Of a stretch of 63,608 nt of DNA, positions 54,817 through 63,608 are shown one piece after another (positions within the stretch are counted from its first letter, which is position 1; each line of letters begins with the position of its first letter). The notes beneath the pieces are model-generated. The model made no database searches, was not told the DNA's origin, and saw only the letters and a program-made list of their open reading frames with translations. This DNA comes from Candidatus Nomurabacteria bacterium. Its GTDB lineage: Bacteria > Patescibacteriota > Minisyncoccia > Phycocordibacterales > UBA9973. Made by a program: the position numbers and the translations under genes. The DNA lies in the NCBI GenBank assembly GCA_026395995.1, contig JAPLXQ010000004.1, forward strand, positions 1 through 63,608, given 5' to 3'.

Positions 54817-55656
54817 TTAAAAATTATCGACATAAGGTAAACAAGATAATGAAATAATAACTATGAAAATCCCCATATCTAATGTTAACTTGGCGATGTC
54901 TTTATCTCTATTTAAGTTATTCGCAAAAAATAAAAGAAAACCAGAAGCTAAAAAACAAAAGATACCAACATAGTAAAAGGTCATTATTAATAACTTTTCT
55001 GGCGGAAAAAATATTGCTATTGATCCTGCTAAAAAAAATAATACTCCAGCGAACCTTAAACCGTTCTTCTCTGTGATTCTTCTTTGAGTAAAAATAGTTT
55101 GCTTGTAAGCCATATCATTATTTCTATTTTCAAAATCTTTTATTACTTCCCTGCCGAGAATTAATAAAAATACAATCAAGAAAAACATTATTGAAATAGA
55201 ATAATATTCTTCCATAGAAACAAATAACAATGGTGATGCACTTACAAGAGCTGTAATCATTGATGGTATGAATACTAATTTTCTTGAATAGGAATAAAAT
55301 ATTCCAACCGCAATACAAATAATAAGTAAAACAAATTGCGGTATATTAATCAAAGAATACTTGTAACAAATAACAATAGTAAGTACAACAATTTCCCATA
55401 ATAAATACAGGGCTCCTTGTAACTCTTTTGTATAAATAGAAGCAAAATATTTACCTTTTCTTCTATCATTGTCTCTGTCGTGATAGTCGTTTTGTATCAT
55501 TGTAAGGCAAGCAATACAAAACACAATAAATACTATCCACCAATTTGTTGTTTTATTTACTACAGCATAACCAACATGAACCAAAAGCCCTGCTGGTATC
55601 GTCATGGAAAGCCTGAGGCTTTTGATAACTTCTCTAAGAATAGAATCTTCTTTCAT
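54817..55656 (-). CDS. UbiA-family prenyltransferase
   Basis: 279 aa with about 8 TM helices and the Asp-rich motif NDYHDRDNDRRKGK. Confidence 0.8.
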   Translation of the reverse strand: MKEDSILREVIKSLRLSMTIPAGLLVHVGYAVVNKTTNWWIVFIVFCIACLTMIQNDYHDRDNDRRKGKYFASIYTKELQGALYLLWEIVVLTIVICYKYSLINIPQFVLLIICIAVGIFYSYSRKLVFIPSMITALVSASPLLFVSMEEYYSISIMFFLIVFLLILGREVIKDFENRNNDMAYKQTIFTQRRITEKNGLRFAGVLFFLAGSIAIFFPPEKLLIMTFYYVGIFCFLASGFLLFFANNLNRDKDIAKLTLDMGIFIVIISLSCLPYVDNF

Positions 55657-55748
55657 AATTATTAATTTTTACAATGAATATTTTTCTTTAGATTAACACA
55701 GGAAGATAGATTAAACAAGAATTTAAGAAACAAAATACAACCCCTTAA

Positions 55749-55794
55749 TCCCCTTATCAGGGGAAACAAAAAATCCCCTTGCGGGGATTTTTTG
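55749..55794. repeat. Two family-A-type hairpins in a divergent intergenic region
   Basis: tccccttatcagggga (55749-55764) and atcccc-ttgc-ggggat (55773-55788), flanked by A6/T6. Confidence 0.7.
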
Positions 55795-55925
55795 GGCACT
55801 TATGTTGTTCATAAATAATGTAAGGAAACATCCTCACACTCACAAATACAGTATAGCATACCCCAAATAAAAAAGCAAGTCTTTTACTATTGCAATATAT
55901 TTAAATCTATTGTATGATATATTTA

Positions 55926-56266
55926 CAGGTGTCAGACAGCCCCGACGCCGTGAGGATCGGGGTCCCGACAATCATAAGATTCGTCGGGATTGCGCTAGCC
56001 TTTTTAAGATTAGTGAGGAAAGTCCGAACACACAATAGTTTAATCGATAAACGTAGTGGGTAACGCCCACACACAGCAATGTGTAGTTGCGAACAGAAAC
56101 GACCCGGTTAAGTCCGGCTGAAACGGCTAAATACTTACGCATGTGCAAGATCGTGCTCGTCGCAAGACGAGAGAATCGCTTGAGCTTATTGGTAACAATA
56201 AGCCTAGATAAATAACTGTCGGTTCCCTTTCGAGGGTTCCACAAAATTCGGCTTATAGACACCTGT
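55926..56266 (+). ncRNA. rnpB: RNase P RNA (bacterial type A)
   Basis: P1 pairing caggtgtc...gacacctg. P4 elements gaggaaagtccgaacac and acaaaattcggcttatag. Also acagaaacgacccgg and agataaataactgtc conserved blocks. A GNRA-loop terminator follows. Confidence 0.9.
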
Positions 56267-56277
56267 AAAAATGAATT

Positions 56278-56309
56278 CCCTCGACGAAAGTCGAGGGTTT
56301 TCTTTTTTT
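56278..56309 (+). terminator. Intrinsic terminator of rnpB
   Basis: ccctcgac-gaaa-gtcgaggg followed by TTTTCTTTTTTT. Confidence 0.8.
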
Positions 56310-56328
56310 AAAATATTTTTTAAATACT

Positions 56329-56362
56329 ATATACAAATATGACGGCCGTAATATTTGTATAT
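56329..56362. repeat. 34-nt palindrome with ACGGCCGT core, copy 3 of the palindrome family
   Basis: atatacaaatat g acggccgt a atatttgtatat, with one mismatched position pair. Confidence 0.8.
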
Positions 56363-56383
56363 ATACTTTTTGTTTTTAGAAAT

Positions 56384-56414
56384 AAAAAATCCCCAATGCA
56401 TTTCTGCACCGGGG
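56384..56414 (-). terminator. Intrinsic terminator of the T9SS-CTD protein gene
   Basis: On the minus strand: ccccggtgca-gaaa-tgcattgggg (two G-U pairs) followed by a T-run. Confidence 0.7.
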
Positions 56415-56436
56415 TTTTAAAATTATTATTTTTACT

Positions 56437-58677
56437 TTATTGTTTGACTATCTTTTGAGTGTGAATTCCTTCTGAGTTTTTAACCTCAACGAAATATACA
56501 CCCTTAGACAATTCACTTCCTAAGACAACTACGTTGCCATTAGCTATATAATGCTGGACTTCCTGTCCTAACATATCACTAATAGTAACTTTGTTATCAC
56601 CCATCAATTCAATAGTAAAATCTGAACTAGACGGATTCGGGAAAATTTTAAATTCTTTGCTTTCATTTTCAATGATACCAACGTTTCCAGTGTATGGAAC
56701 AAGTTCGAAGCAACCACTATTTACATAGTGAACTTCAATAACTTCTCCAACATGAATAGTTGAAACTTGATGAAACACTGCTTGTAATATATTTTGTGTT
56801 GGCGTGTGTAACGTCTGGTACGGAGTAATAATATACACCGAATCAGAAAAATATATTCCACTATTCACGATTAGTTGACCCATTGTGGTAGTAGTACTAG
56901 TAAAAGTAATACTGCTCACATCGGGTATACCTAATATATGAATAATCGTTGACTCTACATCCGGACAACCAAATTGGTTGTAGACAGTGTCGTAAACGAC
57001 ATAATCTCCCGGAGACAAACCAGCCACATACACTCTGTTACCATATGACACTACAACTCCAACACCATGAAAATGGTTTACACCCGAAGCATTTGAGCTA
57101 AGGGTAATATATGTACCTGTATTACTATAGGCACAAATTGAAGATGGACTTGCTGTTACTGTAAAAGTTCCAGAAGCCTGTAATACTGTCACCGTAGTCG
57201 GCAAACTAACTGTACAACCAGATCCGTCACCTATAGTTACTGTATAAGTAGTAGTAGATACTGGACTAGCAATAGGATTTTGAACATTTGGATTATTTAA
57301 TCCAGCAGTAGGAAACCATGAGTAAGTTGTTCCACCTGTTGCAAGCAACAAGGTCGATCCTCCAGCACAAAATCCTGTTGCAGGATATACTGCGGCTGGG
57401 AAACTAGGAAAAACATTAACTGTCAAAGTATCACTACTTGTACAAGTTCCATTACTAGAGCTCACTGTGTAAGTAGTATTAACTGTAGGATTTACATTTA
57501 CACTTGCTCCAGACAAATTGCCCGGCATCCATGTATAAGTAATACTTCCTCCAGTAGCACTAAGATTCACTGAACTCCCAGAACAAACAACACTATTGTT
57601 TGCTATTGCATTTACAGCAAGAGCAGTAGAAACAGTGACTGTCGCATGGTTTGTGTCAACACAACCTCCATTACTCACGGTTAAAGTGTAAGTAGTGGTA
57701 CTTGTAGGACTTGCAATAGGGTTGTGAATATTTGGATTATTTAATCCAGTAGTCGGCAACCATGTGTAAGTCCATCCATTACCTGTAACGGCTGTCAGTT
57801 GTCTACTACCTCCAATACAAATTGGTAAAGTAGAATAATAGATAATTGCAGTCGGTGCTGATGAAACACCAACAACAACTGTTCCTGTACTAGAACAAGT
57901 TCCGTTTGTCGCTGTGACTGTATAAGTCGCAGCAGCTGAAACGGTAATTGAATCAGTATGTGCACCACCCGGTGCCCAAGTAAGTGTTCCAACTGATGCT
58001 GATGCACCAATTATTGTAGTACTTCCTGAACAAATTGTTTGGTTTGAACCACTCGCCAAAACTGGCGTCTGGTTCACAGTGATTGTTTGTGTCGCAGTTC
58101 CGGTACATTGACCAGTGGTCGCAGTAACCGTGTATGTAGTGGTCATTGATGGTGCAACTACAATACTTGTAGCATTGTAGTTTCCAGCCTGCCAAGAATA
58201 CGTAGTACCTCCTGTAGCAGTCATAGTAGTTTGCTCACCACTACAAATTGTAGAATGAGTGGCAGAAATACTTACATTTGTTAAAGGCAAACAATCAGCG
58301 GTAAAGCTAACTGAATTACTCTGAAGCAATTGCCCAAGTGAATCACCATAGTATACCAAAATATTAAACTGTACTGAATGCAAGTGACCAGCACTTGAAA
58401 CAAACGGTACATTAATTCCTGGTTGTAAGGTGTCACCCGGTACTGTGATGTGTGTTACGGGTTGTGCAGTTCCAGATTGATTCAAAGTAGAATCATAGCT
58501 GGAAAATGAACATTGAATTTCTGTAAACCCTGCAGGAATATTTCCCCAGGATAATAAAAATTGTGCATCATTCGCATGAACGACAATAGTGTCAGCATGA
58601 CAATATGGTGTTTGTGCATTTGTTTCAGTGGAGACCATCAAACAGATGATCATCGCGGTAATAAATAGTTTTTTCAT
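56437..58677 (-). CDS. Secreted multi-Ig-like-repeat protein with a T9SS type A C-terminal sorting domain
   Basis: 746 aa with signal MKKLFITAMIICLMVSTETNAQ and at least 5 repeats of about 75-80 aa (C..G....L.A.GG..Y.W.P...L.NP...NPIASP..TTTYTVT...G.C....TVTV). The C-terminus FKIFPNPSSSDFTIEL...KGVYFVEVKNSEGIHTQKIVKQ matches the Por_Secre_tail pattern. Confidence 0.8.
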   Translation of the reverse strand: MKKLFITAMIICLMVSTETNAQTPYCHADTIVVHANDAQFLLSWGNIPAGFTEIQCSFSSYDSTLNQSGTAQPVTHITVPGDTLQPGINVPFVSSAGHLHSVQFNILVYYGDSLGQLLQSNSVSFTADCLPLTNVSISATHSTICSGEQTTMTATGGTTYSWQAGNYNATSIVVAPSMTTTYTVTATTGQCTGTATQTITVNQTPVLASGSNQTICSGSTTIIGASASVGTLTWAPGGAHTDSITVSAAATYTVTATNGTCSSTGTVVVGVSSAPTAIIYYSTLPICIGGSRQLTAVTGNGWTYTWLPTTGLNNPNIHNPIASPTSTTTYTLTVSNGGCVDTNHATVTVSTALAVNAIANNSVVCSGSSVNLSATGGSITYTWMPGNLSGASVNVNPTVNTTYTVSSSNGTCTSSDTLTVNVFPSFPAAVYPATGFCAGGSTLLLATGGTTYSWFPTAGLNNPNVQNPIASPVSTTTYTVTIGDGSGCTVSLPTTVTVLQASGTFTVTASPSSICAYSNTGTYITLSSNASGVNHFHGVGVVVSYGNRVYVAGLSPGDYVVYDTVYNQFGCPDVESTIIHILGIPDVSSITFTSTTTTMGQLIVNSGIYFSDSVYIITPYQTLHTPTQNILQAVFHQVSTIHVGEVIEVHYVNSGCFELVPYTGNVGIIENESKEFKIFPNPSSSDFTIELMGDNKVTISDMLGQEVQHYIANGNVVVLGSELSKGVYFVEVKNSEGIHTQKIVKQ

Positions 58678-58871
58678 TTTTTGTCTTTTTTTTAATTGTT
58701 TGATTATTTTTTGTTTATTTTCTTTTTTTTGTTCAAATTAAAAAATATGTGCTTTTGCAAATGAAAAAATCATTTATTGTAAAAGAAAGCAAAGAATTTT
58801 CAAAGAACAGTTCTTAGGACAAGTATAGCATACTATATACCTATTTGTCAAGCACCTTAAGTGAGCAGCTA

Positions 58872-58900
58872 TTGACTTTTAAACTTGACTGTGATAAGAT
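58872..58900 (+). promoter_or_regulatory. Sigma70-like promoter of the large surface protein gene
   Basis: TTGACT, 17 nt, TAAGAT, about 70 nt upstream of the ATG. Confidence 0.4.
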
Positions 58901-58968
58901 ATAGGCATATAAATTAAAAAACCCAAAAAGGCGGGAAAACATTACAAATAAAGCCTTAAACATAAATT

Positions 58969-61542
58969 ATGAATAAAATTACAAAAAACTTAATATTTGT
59001 CTTTACTTTGGTCGCCTTTTTTGGTTTTGGCTCAAATTTTGCATTTGCTACAGCTCCGACTGTAGTAGTCACAGGACCATCTGCCCCAGCAACAACTGTC
59101 ACTTTGAAAGGTGCCTACTCTGGTACTCCTGGAGTTTCCACTTCTACTTGGTTTGCAATTTCAACAAGTAGTTCAAACTTTTCAGCAAGTCAATCTGTTT
59201 GTCCTACAATTCAAAGTGTAAATGCACAATCAATTTCTTGTCCGATTACTGTCGGTCAAACATATGGTACTGGTGCTGGTGCAATAACTATCACATCTGG
59301 TGGAGTTTATGCATACAAAGTTTTTGCGACAAGTGGAACTGATACTGCATCTAGTGCACCTTCTACTTTTACAATGGGAACAGCAGGAACTAACTCTGGT
59401 TCTTTTACTGTTGCAGTTACAGGACCAACATCTCCAGCAAGTACTGTTACACTTCGTGGAGCATATTCTAACACTACTACTGGTGGTGGCTCAGTTTCTA
59501 CTTGGTTTGCAATTTCAACAAGTAGTTCAAACTTTTCAGCAAGTCAATCTGTTTGTCCTACAATTCAAAGTGTAAACGCACAATCAATTTCTTGTCCGAT
59601 TACTGTCGGTCAAACATATGGTACTGGTGCTGGTGCAATAACTATCACATCTGGTGGAGTTTATGCATATGAAGTTTTTGGAACATTAGGAACAACAACA
59701 ATTCATAGTGCACCATCAACTTTTACAATGGGAACAACTGGAACTTCAACAGCTCCGACTTTGACTTCTATCTCACCTACTAGCGGAACTGCTGGAAATT
59801 CTTACCCTGTCACTTTGACTGGAACAGGATTTGGATCTGGCTCAACTGTTTCTTATGGATCAGGAATTACTGTCACTGGAGTCACCGTAGTTAGTACTAC
59901 AAGTATCACCGCTGATATTGCAATAGCAGCTAGTGCAACTGGCACAAGAAGTGTCAGTGTCACAAGTGGTGGACAAATATCAAACACTCGAACATTTACA
60001 ATAAATGCACCAGCAAGTACTACTTGCGCTACAACTGTCCCAAGTATTGATACTATCAATCCTACTTCTGTCACAGCTGGATCCGGTTCTACAAATTTAA
60101 CAGTGAACGGTTCAGGGTTTACAAACGGAACAACAGTAGTTTTGTTTAATGGATCAAGTAGAACAACTACAGTCTCAGGAAATGTCGCTACAGCCAGTCT
60201 TAATTCTTCTGATATTTCTTCAGCTGGAAGTAATACAATAACAGCAACTAATGGAACAAACTGTGTTTCAAATGGAAAAACTTTTACAGTGAATGCTGTA
60301 AATAATGGTGGTGGTGGAGGCGGAGGTGGTGGTGGATATTATTACACTGCTCCAACTATCAATGTAATTTCATCAACATTAAACGGAATCACAACAGCTA
60401 CTCTTTATGGTTCAGTTAATCCAAATTCATATGCGACAACAACTTGGTTCAAATATGGAACTTCAACAAATTCTATGACAAGTGAAACTGAACATACAAT
60501 AATCGGAAATCAAAATTATTTAGTAAACTTTAATGCAACAACTGGAACATTAAGTCCAAATACGACTTATTATTTCCAAGCAATGGCAAGCAATGCTTCT
60601 CGTACTGTTTCTAGTGATGCAATCTTATCATTCACTACTACAGCCCAAAACAATAACTCAAGTGTCACTACTGTTATCGCCACAAGTAAGACAAGCACTT
60701 CTGCAAGACTAAACGGTGTTGCTGTCTTACAAGATGGAGTAACAAATAATGGGTATTTCGAATATGGTACAAGTTCAAGTTTTGGTCATACAACTACAGC
60801 TCAAAACCTTGGTAGTACAAATTCAACTGTTAATTTCTCTGATACAATCACAGGATTAACACCTGGAACTATTTATTACTTCCGTGCCGTTGAATCAAAT
60901 ACTGGTACTCCTGCGACAGGAAATACATTTGTATTTCAAACTCTAGGATCTGATGCTGGTGATGTAGCCCCTACCCCAACAAGCTCTGTAACAACAACTA
61001 AAAGTGAAATTCTTAATATCACCACAAAGACAGACAAGGTATCTGTAGGAGATAGTGTAGAATATTTAATTACTTATAAAAATATTTCTGCAAAGAATTT
61101 TGAAAACACAAAAATTACTATTCAACTTCCAAAAGAAATAACTTTTAACGAATCAAATTTCGGTAAAGTAGATTCAAGTAATGCTGTAACATTTAATCCT
61201 GATATTTTGATCGCTTCACAAGTAGGATCAATCACTATCAAAGGACAAGTAAATGGAAAAGCTTTGACTTCATCTGTATTATTAACAACTGCTACAATGA
61301 CTTATAATCCAGAAGGAAGTAGTATTGAAAAAGATGAAATAGACTATGTGTCCAATCATGTAGTAGATGGTAATAACTTGGCAGCTGCATCTATCTTTGG
61401 TGCTGGATTCTTTCCATCAACATTGATCGGCTGGATGATATTAATCTTAATTATAATGGCCTTAATCATCGTAAGTAGAAAACTATACCTTGATTATGGT
61501 TTCAAAAAGAGAGTAACTATTGATTCTGCAAACATGGAATAA
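58969..61542 (+). CDS. Large surface protein: duplicated N-terminal modules, IPT/TIG-like repeats, poly-Gly tract, Fn3-like modules, DUF11-like domain and a C-terminal TM anchor
   Basis: 857 aa with a signal peptide. IPT-like PTLTSISPTSGTAGNSYPVTLTGTGFG and IDTINPTSVTAGSGSTNLTVNGSGF. Also GGGGGGGGGYYY, DUF11-like VGDSVEYLITYKNIS, and TM LIGWMILILIIMALIIV. Confidence 0.7.
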   Translation: MNKITKNLIFVFTLVAFFGFGSNFAFATAPTVVVTGPSAPATTVTLKGAYSGTPGVSTSTWFAISTSSSNFSASQSVCPTIQSVNAQSISCPITVGQTYGTGAGAITITSGGVYAYKVFATSGTDTASSAPSTFTMGTAGTNSGSFTVAVTGPTSPASTVTLRGAYSNTTTGGGSVSTWFAISTSSSNFSASQSVCPTIQSVNAQSISCPITVGQTYGTGAGAITITSGGVYAYEVFGTLGTTTIHSAPSTFTMGTTGTSTAPTLTSISPTSGTAGNSYPVTLTGTGFGSGSTVSYGSGITVTGVTVVSTTSITADIAIAASATGTRSVSVTSGGQISNTRTFTINAPASTTCATTVPSIDTINPTSVTAGSGSTNLTVNGSGFTNGTTVVLFNGSSRTTTVSGNVATASLNSSDISSAGSNTITATNGTNCVSNGKTFTVNAVNNGGGGGGGGGGYYYTAPTINVISSTLNGITTATLYGSVNPNSYATTTWFKYGTSTNSMTSETEHTIIGNQNYLVNFNATTGTLSPNTTYYFQAMASNASRTVSSDAILSFTTTAQNNNSSVTTVIATSKTSTSARLNGVAVLQDGVTNNGYFEYGTSSSFGHTTTAQNLGSTNSTVNFSDTITGLTPGTIYYFRAVESNTGTPATGNTFVFQTLGSDAGDVAPTPTSSVTTTKSEILNITTKTDKVSVGDSVEYLITYKNISAKNFENTKITIQLPKEITFNESNFGKVDSSNAVTFNPDILIASQVGSITIKGQVNGKALTSSVLLTTATMTYNPEGSSIEKDEIDYVSNHVVDGNNLAAASIFGAGFFPSTLIGWMILILIIMALIIVSRKLYLDYGFKKRVTIDSANME
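59143..59327 (+). repeat. Intragenic direct repeat, copy 1 (185 nt)
   Basis: Near-identical to 59497-59681, with about 3-4 mismatches by eye. The offset is 354 nt (118 codons). Confidence 0.85.
59497..59681 (+). repeat. Intragenic direct repeat, copy 2 (185 nt)
   Basis: See copy 1. Both encode STWFAISTSSSNFSASQSVCPTIQSVNAQSISCPITVGQTYGTGAGAITITSGGVYAY. Confidence 0.85.
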
Positions 61543-61555
61543 TATTTAAATAAAA

Positions 61556-61583
61556 ATCCCCCGACGTAAGTCGGGGGATTTTT
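61556..61583. terminator. Bidirectional terminator between convergent genes
   Basis: atcccccgac-gtaa-gtcgggggat flanked by A5/T4. It is a sequence relative of the hairpin at about 54198-54226. Confidence 0.8.
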
Positions 61584-61586
61584 ATT

Positions 61587-62090
61587 TTATTTAAATTTTA
61601 CTTCATCCCCTATTTTTAAATTATTCTTATCTGAGAATCCAGCATTCACTTCTAATACATACAGTGAATTTTGATCTGGACCAAAAGAATTTGGATATGA
61701 GCTTGGTTGAAGATTTTTCTCAATATAAATAACCCGACCCCCTCCTACCTCCCCCTTGGTAAGGGGGAGGTCTGAAGAGAACCAAATAATATCAAGTGGA
61801 AAAGTCATATCTTTCATCCAAAAACCATATTTAGCAGGCTGATCAAAGACAAACAACATTCCTTGATTATCAGCCAAAGGTGCATGGCCAGAAAGCCCCA
61901 ACTGTCTTTTGGTATCAGTGTCTACAACTTCAACTTTAATATTCTGCCTTGCAATTTCTACAGTAGAGATTTTACTTGCTAGGTCTTGCCTAGCAAGTTT
62001 ATCTTTAGGCACAGCGATAATTGGGTCTAAAAATAACCAGGCAAGAATTCCGATAAATATAGCAACGATAATAATAGATGACTTTTTCAT
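61587..62090 (-). CDS. DUF192-domain protein with an in-frame hairpin-repeat insertion
   Basis: 167 aa with an N-terminal TM, GLSGHAPLADNQGMLFVF, FWMKDMTFPLDIIWF and YVLEVNAGF. The insert is LPLTKGEVGGG. Confidence 0.8.
   Translation of the reverse strand: MKKSSIIIVAIFIGILAWLFLDPIIAVPKDKLARQDLASKISTVEIARQNIKVEVVDTDTKRQLGLSGHAPLADNQGMLFVFDQPAKYGFWMKDMTFPLDIIWFSSDLPLTKGEVGGGRVIYIEKNLQPSSYPNSFGPDQNSLYVLEVNAGFSDKNNLKIGDEVKFK
61748..61770. repeat. Family A hairpin inside the DUF192 coding sequence
   Basis: cctccccctt-ggt-aagggggagg, a perfect 10-bp stem in a ~30% GC gene. Confidence 0.8.
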
Positions 62091-62116
62091 TTATTCATTA
62101 TAGCAAAATAGGCAAA

Positions 62117-62140
62117 TAAAAAACACCCATTTCTGGGTGT
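62117..62140 (-). terminator. Intrinsic terminator of the 62146-62745 gene
   Basis: On the minus strand: acaccca-gaaa-tgggtgt followed by TTTTTT. Confidence 0.7.
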
Positions 62141-62145
62141 TGATA

Positions 62146-62745
62146 CTATTTTGAATGTTGGCCCATATCGGAAATCTTTCCGACAGTAGAAAGCTTTTTT
62201 AGTCTTCGTAATTTTTTATAACGAAGTTCTATAAAACTATCTTCGCTTCCCTTCCATCGACTCACATAAAATTCATAATCCAGAGCACGAATAGCCGGGA
62301 CATAAAATTTCAGAACAAAATCAAGGTCTTCCTGATTATTCATGTCATCAACAATTTTGATGACTGATTTTGCATCATTTAAGTCAATTCCTAGATCATT
62401 GAACGTATCTACCAGTTTTTGTTTTTCTGTTTGAAAATCAATCCTAGTTTTTACATCTGAAATTATTTCTTCTATTTTTTTTCTTTGCACACGAAAGACA
62501 TTAAGAAATAAAATAAAAAGAAGAATAGATACTGGATACAAAAAATTAACAAAATGTTCATCGAAAAAAATAAATTTTGAATTAATGTATGCAAAAAAAA
62601 AGAAAAGTAATGATAAAAATAAATAGATAATTTTCGGCTCTCGATACTCTCTTTTTACTAGTTTTCTAATTGGTTCGAAAACTGAATTTTGATATTGAGA
62701 AAAGGCTGAAAGCCCTGTTGCAATTGGATTGTACTGATTCTTCAT
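62146..62745 (-). CDS. Hypothetical membrane protein
   Basis: 199 aa with two central TM helices and no recognisable motif. Confidence 0.4.
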   Translation of the reverse strand: MKNQYNPIATGLSAFSQYQNSVFEPIRKLVKREYREPKIIYLFLSLLFFFFAYINSKFIFFDEHFVNFLYPVSILLFILFLNVFRVQRKKIEEIISDVKTRIDFQTEKQKLVDTFNDLGIDLNDAKSVIKIVDDMNNQEDLDFVLKFYVPAIRALDYEFYVSRWKGSEDSFIELRYKKLRRLKKLSTVGKISDMGQHSK

Positions 62746-62833
62746 AAGAATTTTTGTATTAAAAAGTTAAAGATATTTTAACTAATAGTACTATTTAGGA
62801 AGACAAAAGTCAATACAACTTACCAAACAAAAA

Positions 62834-62856
62834 ACACCCAGAAATAGGTGTTTTTT
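62834..62856 (-). terminator. Hairpin plus T-run about 250 nt downstream of the 16S 3' end (probable end of the rRNA transcript)
   Basis: acacc(c)a-gaaa-t(a)ggtgt flanked by A6/T6. Confidence 0.5.
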
Positions 62857-63106
62857 GAGATACTGTTCTTTATTTTGTTTCGTTCTACTAACTTTAATTT
62901 GGTATTTGTCTTTCCAAATTGTCATCTCGTTTTATCGTACCGAGCAAACTTCATCTTTTTAGCTTGTGATGATCAAGCATTGTGTCGTCAATTGAGCGAC
63001 ACAACACCGACTCAATTAATCCAAGAATTTAATAAATTAATTTCTTTTGAATAGACCAGTGGCCTATCCACGTATCCTCCGAAGAGGACACGGGACATAT
63101 TTTCAA

Positions 63107-63608
<502 letters not shown>

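Noticed and set aside
55773-55794. Rho-independent terminator (atcccc-ttgc-ggggat with flanking A/T runs)
   Set aside because: It lies between divergently transcribed genes (the UbiA gene start and the rnpB start), where nothing needs terminating. It is more consistent with a member of the dispersed hairpin family A.
55972-56262. 96-aa ORF on the minus strand
   Set aside because: It lies entirely inside the RNase P RNA gene (plus strand), which has conserved P4 and P1 elements. The ORF is an artefact of the relatively GC-rich structured RNA.

Overview
This is an AT-rich bacterial chromosomal segment, roughly 30% GC in sampled backbone lines. Several features fit a small-genome Patescibacteria/CPR-like organism, but that lineage call is inference only: a divergent 16S 3' portion, a two-subunit transketolase, lamin-tail-domain and pilin-rich surface proteins, and no Shine-Dalgarno (SD) use. 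Left to right the window holds the following. (1) Housekeeping genes: a SET-domain protein, a HAD hydrolase and ychF. (2) A ~12 kb type IV pilus locus (pilB, pilC, a pilM/N fusion, at least 5 prepilin-type genes and two large non-pilin secreted proteins), bracketed by two stand-alone receiver genes. (3) mgtA. (4) An NAD salvage locus (nadE-nrtR, pncB, pncA-like) with a vWA/PP2C/kinase triad of the TerY-P type inserted between pncB and pncA. A 19-bp palindrome, TAGTGT-N7-ACACTA, sits on all three promoters. (5) Malic enzyme, an ECF sigma/anti-sigma pair and a lamin-tail-domain (LTD) surface protein. (6) A pentose-phosphate/glycolysis cluster (pfkB, split tkt, rpe-like, rpiB, gap), interrupted by a DUF559 endonuclease cassette wrapped in GC-rich hairpin repeats. 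(7) rsmE, dnaE, an interrupted wHTH/Cas2-like gene flanked by 26-bp palindromes, an AAA_28-CYTH fusion and secA. (8) RNase P RNA, a Bacteroidota-style T9SS-sorting-domain protein, a large repeat-bearing surface protein, DUF192, and the 3' ~500 nt of a 16S rRNA gene that is not followed by 23S. The most notable observations are these. The defence-type triad is apparently co-transcribed with the nicotinamidase under the putative NrtR operator. The 16S 3' tail lacks the CCUCC anti-SD core. Two GC-rich repeat families also occur in-frame inside conserved genes. TGA is almost absent as a stop codon, and one of its two uses interrupts a conserved domain. Two genes look foreign and Bacteroidota-like. 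All calls come from reading the sequence and ORF translations by eye. No searches were run, and hairpin/motif coordinates may be off by 1-2 nt.
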